From IMG/VR virus record IMGVR_UViG_3300027708_000013: DNA of 64,000 nt; one strand, 5' to 3'. The notes beneath the pieces are model-generated. The model was given only the letters and a program-made list of their open reading frames with translations. It ran no database searches and was not told where the DNA came from. Positions 37,349-44,006 of this stretch are shown here, in pieces. Within the stretch, counting starts at the first letter, position 1, and every line of letters begins with the position of its first letter. The stretch is from a virus. Its lineage: Duplodnaviria; Caudoviricetes. The position numbers and the translations under genes were made by a program.

Positions 37349-38510
37349 GTGTGTGTTTTCTGTAATCTGTACTCATGCGTAGCCACTGTTCTCCAGATCC
37401 TTGTAATATATCAACAATACGATCAACAGTACCATCGGTCCAGGCACTGATACGGCCCATGTGTTGGCTTGGTTTGTTCAACAAAGATTGTAACTTGCTC
37501 ATAGCATCTTCCAAACTCCAAGGAACATACAAGCGGCTTGCGTCGTTGGCAAAAGTCTCAGGGAAACTTCTATATGCTGGATATAACACATTGGCACCCA
37601 AGGTATCTGCTTCACTCACAGTGTTAGACACCCAATCTTGTAAAGCACAGTTAAACAATACCCTAGTGTCGTTTAATAACGCATAGTATTCATTCTTCTC
37701 AAGGTTATCGTACACTTTGATCATGCCCTTTGCTTCAAACGCACGGATACGATCAATGGCACCTTGATCATTGCCACGCAGTTGAGAGCCACTGAAGATA
37801 GCAAACTCTACTCGAGGCAAATGAAAGTTATCGTGCCATGCTTGAATTAAATCTAAATAAAAGTGCGGCTGTTTTTCTTGATCTGTTCTGGCCGCAAAAG
37901 CCACTCGCATGGCTCTTTGATCAAACGGTGTTAATTCTCCAGGCACTCTTGCACGGACTTCATCTCGACCAAACGCCAAGCCGGAGATGTTGTAGATCGG
38001 GGCTTCCCAGCCAGCTATTTTCATGTGCATTGCCATTTCTTCGTTTGAAGCTAATACAATATCCGCAAAACTATCCACCATTTTCTCATAAAGTGCCATC
38101 CACTTTGACATACCCCAGACATGAACGAAATCGTCCGGGTCAATGCTTTGTGCAAGACAACGAACAGCGATCCTAGGACGCATGTTAGGCTCAACTTGAT
38201 TAATAATGTAAGGTAGGCTCTCGATGCCTGGTTGAAACATGTCTTCAAAGTATATAACATCTTCATTTGTGATTTCTCCTGCTTTCATTTTTGCCACAAG
38301 CATCATTAATTGACTCATACCAAAGTAAGTACGTCCGTGTGCATCCAACACCTGTCCGGTTACAATGGCTTGATCATTGCTTAATGTTTCACCAGCGACA
38401 ATTTCATAATCAATACCACGACGCCGAAATACACGTTCGTTCCAGTCTTGTAACTGTAGTGTGTATCTTGCTTTATAGGGCTCTAGGCCCATGTACCAAA
38501 GTTTTCTCAT
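37332..38510 (-). CDS. GT-B glycosyltransferase, T4 DNA alpha-glucosyltransferase-like
   Basis: N-terminus MRKLWYMGLE...YT..LQDW recalls Agt (MRICIFMARGLEG...QRDW). AART..EKQP; QDWVSNTVSEA. Confidence 0.7.
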   Translation of the reverse strand: MRKLWYMGLEPYKARYTLQLQDWNERVFRRRGIDYEIVAGETLSNDQAIVTGQVLDAHGRTYFGMSQLMMLVAKMKAGEITNEDVIYFEDMFQPGIESLPYIINQVEPNMRPRIAVRCLAQSIDPDDFVHVWGMSKWMALYEKMVDSFADIVLASNEEMAMHMKIAGWEAPIYNISGLAFGRDEVRARVPGELTPFDQRAMRVAFAARTDQEKQPHFYLDLIQAWHDNFHLPRVEFAIFSGSQLRGNDQGAIDRIRAFEAKGMIKVYDNLEKNEYYALLNDTRVLFNCALQDWVSNTVSEADTLGANVLYPAYRSFPETFANDASRLYVPWSLEDAMSKLQSLLNKPSQHMGRISAWTDGTVDRIVDILQGSGEQWLRMSTDYRKHTHESKY

Positions 38511-38845
38511 CGTGCTTTCCTAAATTCTTCAACATCTTTCACTGCTTGTTGTAGTATTGTAGCATAGTTGACAGCCTGTTGTCTATTCATTATGAGACTA
38601 GATTCGTATCGGATGTAACCTCGAGTCAGCAGTGTCCAGATGTGATACCATCGAGTTCTACTCCACCAGTTGGTTTTACCTGTGGTATAGGTAGTAACAG
38701 TGACACCTGTTTCATCGGATTCGACCCAAACATCATGATCATGATCACTTTGGCCACACTCACATATGACCTTGTACATTTTGGCGTCGCCCCAGGTGTT
38801 TTTGATCAAGACTCCGGTGGCAGGAGTTTCGGGTGTTAGCGCCAT
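38507..38845 (-). CDS. Hypothetical protein
   Basis: ORF in operon; CEC...H motif. Confidence 0.65.
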   Translation of the reverse strand: MALTPETPATGVLIKNTWGDAKMYKVICECGQSDHDHDVWVESDETGVTVTTYTTGKTNWWSRTRWYHIWTLLTRGYIRYESSLIMNRQQAVNYATILQQAVKDVEEFRKAR

Positions 38846-39105
38846 GTTCTTGGACGCCAATTTGCATCACGTGGTTTGAAATCACGTTTTTCTTTGGGAT
38901 ACGGGCTCCAATTATCTTTAGGATGTTTGCCGGCTTTCACACGTTGCATTTCGCCCCAGGGAGTTTTTTCATTGTAGAGATGATTTTCATCATACACATA
39001 ACCTTGTTTTTTACAGAACGTGAGATACTCTTCAAGATCATCAAACAGGTCGCGGACTTCGGGTCTTAAGCGAAGATATTTGTTTAACCAAGTGGGCTGG
39101 CCCAT
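38836..39105 (-). CDS. Hypothetical protein
   Basis: 89 aa ORF; SD AAGGAG. Confidence 0.7.
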   Translation of the reverse strand: MGQPTWLNKYLRLRPEVRDLFDDLEEYLTFCKKQGYVYDENHLYNEKTPWGEMQRVKAGKHPKDNWSPYPKEKRDFKPRDANWRPRTWR

Positions 39106-39116
39106 ATACTACTCCT

Positions 39117-39560
39117 TTAAATTACGATTGAAAGACTTGGACGGACTACGTTGTAATTGATATGGCATCCGTTTTCACCGTCCTCGGATACCTCAATTGA
39201 TACATAACGACCAGGATATCGTTCTGCTACTTGAAGATAGAGATCGTCGGCGAGCATTTCCACACTTTTAAAGTCCAACTGTAACACATCCTTGCTGTAA
39301 AGACTTTCCAGCCAACGTTTGAATTGTATAAATTCAATGTCTCTATCATTATGCTCTACACCAATCCAGACTTGAAAATGGAATATGTGTCTGTGACTAT
39401 TGGCTAGGAAACTCACATCATACTCACCGGGAGTACACAAGTTGGGATCTGTAGCTGCAGCTGGATAGCGATGTATGCCTTCACGTTGGAACGTGACCCA
39501 AATCTGTCTTTGGGCCTGTGTCATGATTCTATCCACTGTTTCTCTCAATTCTTGATTCAT
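39117..39560 (-). CDS. dpdL: QueD-like T-fold protein, DpdL-like (candidate CDG decarboxylase)
   Basis: LANSHRHIF matches LxxxHRHxF rather than QueD CxxxHGH. Also RDIEFI, SVEMLA and VSEDGENG. Confidence 0.72.
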   Translation of the reverse strand: MNQELRETVDRIMTQAQRQIWVTFQREGIHRYPAAATDPNLCTPGEYDVSFLANSHRHIFHFQVWIGVEHNDRDIEFIQFKRWLESLYSKDVLQLDFKSVEMLADDLYLQVAERYPGRYVSIEVSEDGENGCHINYNVVRPSLSIVI

Positions 39561-40078
39561 TTTATTACCTCATCTTTGGTATATTGACTCCAGTCCGTAA
39601 AACACTTACGGTCCTGTAACGCATGTAAACTATGACACCAGACTCCAGGATTGGAGGCCGCAAAGTCTCTATCGTCTAGTTTAATTGTAGCATTATATCC
39701 CAGCTGTTGTATATAGGGCAATTTAACCGAAAGCATGGGAACAAAGTTGTGAAACTCTGTCAATCCACTTTCCAATAACCCTTCGGCACAGGCAACATCT
39801 ATATCCAAGGTGCACAACATACCACGGCGTAAAAATGGAGTAATCATAAGTTCCCATGCTTGCCAGGCCTCGGCATCATTCACTGCCAACAGTGGGAAAC
39901 TGTGATTGGCACCAAAATAAATATGATCAATTGGGTATGGTTGTGCATCAGCGGCAGTGATGATGGCCGATTCGCTGTGTACACCAATGACAAATAAAGT
40001 TTTTTTATTGTATGCTGGTGTGTGTTCTACTTCAGTTCCAACGAAAAAGTTCACATCTTCATGTCCAGGTCTATCCAT
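39557..40078 (-). CDS. Conserved-looking hypothetical protein between dpdA and dpdL
   Basis: SD GGAGA, ATG 40078 at the dpdA stop; GTEVEHTP, HIYFGANHSF, GVWCH. Confidence 0.75.
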   Translation of the reverse strand: MDRPGHEDVNFFVGTEVEHTPAYNKKTLFVIGVHSESAIITAADAQPYPIDHIYFGANHSFPLLAVNDAEAWQAWELMITPFLRRGMLCTLDIDVACAEGLLESGLTEFHNFVPMLSVKLPYIQQLGYNATIKLDDRDFAASNPGVWCHSLHALQDRKCFTDWSQYTKDEVIK

Positions 40079-40079
40079 G

Positions 40080-41675
40080 TTATTCTCCAAATAGGTCTGG
40101 GTTGAGTAAGGGCCGTGGTTGTTCAGTTTTAACAGGTTTATCGCGAGCCAAATTGCCTTCGATGTCCACCAGTTTACCGGCCATGGTGTATGCATTTACA
40201 ACTTTATCGCCTTTGAATCCTCTGGTTCCGATGATGTCGGTCCAATACTTGCTGTATTTTTTAATAATTTCTAAACTGTCTGCTTGCGTTGGAGCAACAA
40301 ATATGCTTTCCACAATGTCTTCAAAGTAGGCATGGTCTCCGGTGCGTCCTTTGGTTCCGCTGTACTGCATCATTGCCGGATGTTCACCACTATCGAATCG
40401 TCTATTGGCTTCTTGCACTGCTGTCAAATGCATCCAAACATTGTGACCCATCAGCAACATATAACTGAAGCTGTCCCAACTAGTTCGTGCTGGCTCTTTG
40501 CCATTCTTATTAAGATCACCAGGTGCATACACACAAATATCTTTCATTTTCAGCATGTTGCTGATGGGGCTTTCATCCCAATTTTTAATTGCTGTGCCAG
40601 GATCTTTGACAGGCAAGTCAGCCAATACTCCTGTACTCCATTTACGAGTGTCTTGGGCATATTTTTTATCATCCAACACAGGAGCCATTCTATAACTCCA
40701 TTTACCGTCCTGTGGGAATACGTTTTCAAAGTACACCTGTCCGTTGGCAGTGGCCAAGAAAGGACTGGCACAATCAAAACTAATGGTAAAAGCAGGATTG
40801 ATGTGTTTTCTCACCGCACGTTGTATAACTGTAAGTAGCACTGCCCACTCTAATTTGCTAGTGCCCAAGAAGTGCATCCAATCATGTACGCCTGGTTGTA
40901 GCAAATTATCATATCGTAATGCAACAAGTCTTTTTAATACTAGTTCTACATCACACATGTTCTGACCACCCATACTCCAGCCATTAAAATGTGTGTCGGG
41001 ATACTTGACAGGATCGCAATAATCTTTCATTGTTTGATACCATTGTTCAGCATCATCGTGATTGGCACCTTGCAACACGTTCAACACTCGCATACCACCG
41101 TTGTTGATGCCTCGACGATGCTTCATGTAAAAGTCATTGTTGAATCTAGTGGCATCCACAGCTTCTTGTAGAGTGCTGATACCACATGCCAGACTGGCTT
41201 TCTTATCGTGTATCACCCAAGTTGGAATATCCAAGGTCATGCCATAATCGGCAATGCCATCCAGCCATTTAAGCACAGCTTCACGCCGAGCTTGAGCCCG
41301 GGGGCATCCACTGTTAGCCCGCCAGTCACCTTCCCATAGGCCTTTGGCAATTTGGAAACCACCTGAATCGCCCAGCATCACGGTGTTGGGATCTCTATTA
41401 CGAACCATGTCCTCACTCCAGTCCTGCTTGTTAAGATCAAGATTGGCATGACCACCCGAGTAAAGACTCCATCGATAAGGGAACAGGGCTTTCTGTGCAT
41501 CAAGCCAGTTCATCTGTTCCATATCTGTCAGGCCCTGTGGAAAACGTGCAGGATCTACATAAGGTGTTGCTGAGGTATCACGTTGTTTGCCTATGAATGT
41601 GGCATAAAACCCCGAGATGGCTGGAAGAAATACTGCATAATCTTTTTGTTTTGCTGTTAAGTTATCTTGTTCCAT
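40080..41675 (-). CDS. dpdA: tRNA-guanine-transglycosylase-like DNA transglycosylase (DpdA/DpdA2-like)
   Basis: LGDSGGFQ, MTLDIP, LNVLQG, GWSMGG, HFLG, SFDCAS, HN; que genes nearby. Confidence 0.85.
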   Translation of the reverse strand: MEQDNLTAKQKDYAVFLPAISGFYATFIGKQRDTSATPYVDPARFPQGLTDMEQMNWLDAQKALFPYRWSLYSGGHANLDLNKQDWSEDMVRNRDPNTVMLGDSGGFQIAKGLWEGDWRANSGCPRAQARREAVLKWLDGIADYGMTLDIPTWVIHDKKASLACGISTLQEAVDATRFNNDFYMKHRRGINNGGMRVLNVLQGANHDDAEQWYQTMKDYCDPVKYPDTHFNGWSMGGQNMCDVELVLKRLVALRYDNLLQPGVHDWMHFLGTSKLEWAVLLTVIQRAVRKHINPAFTISFDCASPFLATANGQVYFENVFPQDGKWSYRMAPVLDDKKYAQDTRKWSTGVLADLPVKDPGTAIKNWDESPISNMLKMKDICVYAPGDLNKNGKEPARTSWDSFSYMLLMGHNVWMHLTAVQEANRRFDSGEHPAMMQYSGTKGRTGDHAYFEDIVESIFVAPTQADSLEIIKKYSKYWTDIIGTRGFKGDKVVNAYTMAGKLVDIEGNLARDKPVKTEQPRPLLNPDLFGE

Positions 41676-42294
41676 AGAACTTTACTGAGTTAATTAATTC
41701 GTAGTCTGCGGCAAAGTAATCTTTGACTGCTTTGAGATATCGAGGATTTTGTATTTCTCTCTCAAATATATTTTTAAACTTTTTACGTATGGGATCTGCT
41801 TCACTGACATGTTGTGGTTCATACCTATGATACCTATTAGGCATACCCTGTTCATCCAAGAACACACTGAAGTCTTGTCTATAGTATTCGTCACATAGAA
41901 AAAACACACATTGTTCACTGTCAAGTCCATGTACAAAGTTTACTTGACGCTCGGTGTGGTCGTCAAATGCAATTCTATCAAAAATTAAATCCATGGCTTC
42001 TAGATCATGCATGATAAAATCTGGATGATACAGTGCAAGGTATTCGGCAATGCCCGAAATCCAACGCTCAACAGGATCACGCAGTACCACCATGGCTGTT
42101 TTGATCTGAAGAATTCTATCTGTGTGATAGTTGTAGAACTCCCAACCAAAATCTTTCAAGTTGGGTTTGGTCCACGAGCTGGCATTTTTAGGAATGTTGA
42201 CATACATGAGATCCGTGTTGTTGCTGGACATGCATTGACCATACACATGGCCTTTTGAACTCCACTGAGTTAAAAATCCTGCATCAATCTTCAT
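41662..42294 (-). CDS. Sulfotransferase (Sulfotransfer_2-like)
   Basis: YVNIPKNASSW (5'-PSB), VLRDPVERWISG (3'-PB), DYELI. Confidence 0.85.
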   Translation of the reverse strand: MKIDAGFLTQWSSKGHVYGQCMSSNNTDLMYVNIPKNASSWTKPNLKDFGWEFYNYHTDRILQIKTAMVVLRDPVERWISGIAEYLALYHPDFIMHDLEAMDLIFDRIAFDDHTERQVNFVHGLDSEQCVFFLCDEYYRQDFSVFLDEQGMPNRYHRYEPQHVSEADPIRKKFKNIFEREIQNPRYLKAVKDYFAADYELINSVKFYGTR

Positions 42295-43022
42295 TTGGTC
42301 TGTGCTGGGATAATGTAAGAGTATTCTGCAAGTCCAGAGTCTACGGTGATCATAGCAGCACCTTCATCGGAGATTTTAAATGTTTTGTCTCCACTTAGAT
42401 TTAAAATACTGATAACAGCCGCAACTGGCCAATTCCATGCTTTAGAGATAGTACCCGAAACTCCTGCTTGAAACACAAAGTTACCTGCATGACTGCTGGC
42501 ATCACCAAAGAAGAATTTCAAGTCACCGTTTTCGGTTTTGGCAATGAATGTGGTTTCTTCACTGTTGGCACTGGCTTGAAATTTCAAACGTTGAATATTT
42601 GCATTGGTGGGAACAAAGTCCACACCCCATTTGACACCTTTGAATTTCACTGCTTTGAGTTTGTCATTGATGATTTCTGCAGCCATAAAACGATAGTCGT
42701 TTTTAAAGTCGCCGGCGGCATTTTGAAAATGTACTCCTGCGGGAATAGATTCACCGTTACGGTCTTGACGATTGATACTGAGTTGTGCATTTTCTCTGTA
42801 TTCTGGAATACCCAAAATAGTATTGAGTTTGCCCAAGTTAGGCATACCAAACACACCAATGAAATCTGGATGTGCTGATTTGAATCGTGCTTCTACGATG
42901 ACTGATCTATCTTCGGCCACTGCATTGATCACTGTGTCGTCTTCAGTGCCGGTAATTTTAACTAGGTCAATAATGCCCAGTCCGTGTGTGTGCGATACGA
43001 TATCTTTTAAAAAATCTTGCAT
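42291..43022 (-). CDS. Sliding clamp, T4 gp45-like
   Basis: 243 aa, next to the polymerase; clamp-like beta/alpha pattern ending AEYSYIIPA. Confidence 0.7.
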   Translation of the reverse strand: MQDFLKDIVSHTHGLGIIDLVKITGTEDDTVINAVAEDRSVIVEARFKSAHPDFIGVFGMPNLGKLNTILGIPEYRENAQLSINRQDRNGESIPAGVHFQNAAGDFKNDYRFMAAEIINDKLKAVKFKGVKWGVDFVPTNANIQRLKFQASANSEETTFIAKTENGDLKFFFGDASSHAGNFVFQAGVSGTISKAWNWPVAAVISILNLSGDKTFKISDEGAAMITVDSGLAEYSYIIPAQTK

Positions 43023-43042
43023 ATAGTTCTCCTGTTGTATGT

Positions 43043-43072
43043 ATTATACGTGATTGTATTTAGACCTGTCAA
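43043..43072 (-). promoter_or_regulatory. Sigma70 promoter TTGACA-18-TATAAT with nested TAAATA
   Basis: -35 at 43067-43072, -10 at 43043-43048, TAAATA at 43057-43062. Confidence 0.7.
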
Positions 43073-44004
43073 CGTTCTTGGTATTTTATTTCGCCCAATA
43101 CTTGGTGTGCTTTGACTGTGTGTAAGGTTCCTGGCCGTTGAATTTCCAACCAGGTGATGTTGTATTGATTGAAATCACTGTGTATGCAGTAGCCTAGACT
43201 TTCGCACAAAGGTATCAATAGGCTCTTGGGCATATATGTCTGTGCAAACGATTCGGCTAGCCCGGCACCATGTGTGGTGTCACCATCATTGTAACTGAAC
43301 ATAAACACACCACCCGGTCTCAGTAACTCAAATATCTGTCTCAGGTACGATTTCATAGTGTCCAAGCTGACATAATTAAAATATCCCCAGCTGAAAACAA
43401 AGCTCATTTGTTGCAGTGGCAATGCAGATAAATCATGATTGCTTATGCGATATTTTCTCAATCTTGTTTGGTACTCTGGAGTAAACTGACTGTTGGTTGA
43501 GTCAAGGAAATCCTGATTGGGATCTGCTAGGTATAAGGGATCCGCTGCCACCATGTACTGTGTCCATTCACCGTCTCTACAGCCAATTTCCAAGGCCGGA
43601 TATCTCCAGCTGGTATGCAACATTATACGTTGTTTTATGTCTTGTTCGGTATCGGGCAATATTGCGATTCGTCTATTGGTTCTAATAGATTCTATGGTTC
43701 CCGGCTGTTGCTCTATGCCGTAATTGTTGGCAAACAGTCTATGAGTTATTTCGTTGATTTGATTGTTGATCTTTTCAATCCTGGGCCCTAACTCATCTGC
43801 CTGTTGCACTAAATTTTCAATTGAGTGTATAAGTTTAATGATGTTGGTTTGAATGTATTGTTTGTGTTCGTCACTGATGTCGCTGACCTGTGACTCAATG
43901 TTTTCAAAATTACGTTTCAACTGTTGCAATTCTTCAATGGCAGAGTCAACTGCCATTGCTTCAAGCAACGATTGTCGTAGTGCAACAAGATTGTATAAAT
44001 TCAT
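43069..44004 (-). CDS. Class I SAM-dependent methyltransferase with N-terminal coiled coil
   Basis: ALEIGCRDG, LYLADP, FSWGYFNY, LLRPGGVFMFSY. Confidence 0.85.
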   Translation of the reverse strand: MNLYNLVALRQSLLEAMAVDSAIEELQQLKRNFENIESQVSDISDEHKQYIQTNIIKLIHSIENLVQQADELGPRIEKINNQINEITHRLFANNYGIEQQPGTIESIRTNRRIAILPDTEQDIKQRIMLHTSWRYPALEIGCRDGEWTQYMVAADPLYLADPNQDFLDSTNSQFTPEYQTRLRKYRISNHDLSALPLQQMSFVFSWGYFNYVSLDTMKSYLRQIFELLRPGGVFMFSYNDGDTTHGAGLAESFAQTYMPKSLLIPLCESLGYCIHSDFNQYNITWLEIQRPGTLHTVKAHQVLGEIKYQER

Positions 44005-44006
44005 CT

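Noticed and set aside
39117-39560. A second true QueD
   Set aside because: It has HRH with no catalytic Cys instead of CxxxHGH, and a canonical queD already exists at 28625.
40080-41675. Canonical tRNA-modifying Tgt
   Set aside because: It is much longer, lacks the C-terminal CxCxxC...H zinc site, and its phage context with folE/queD/queE favours a DNA-acting DpdA.
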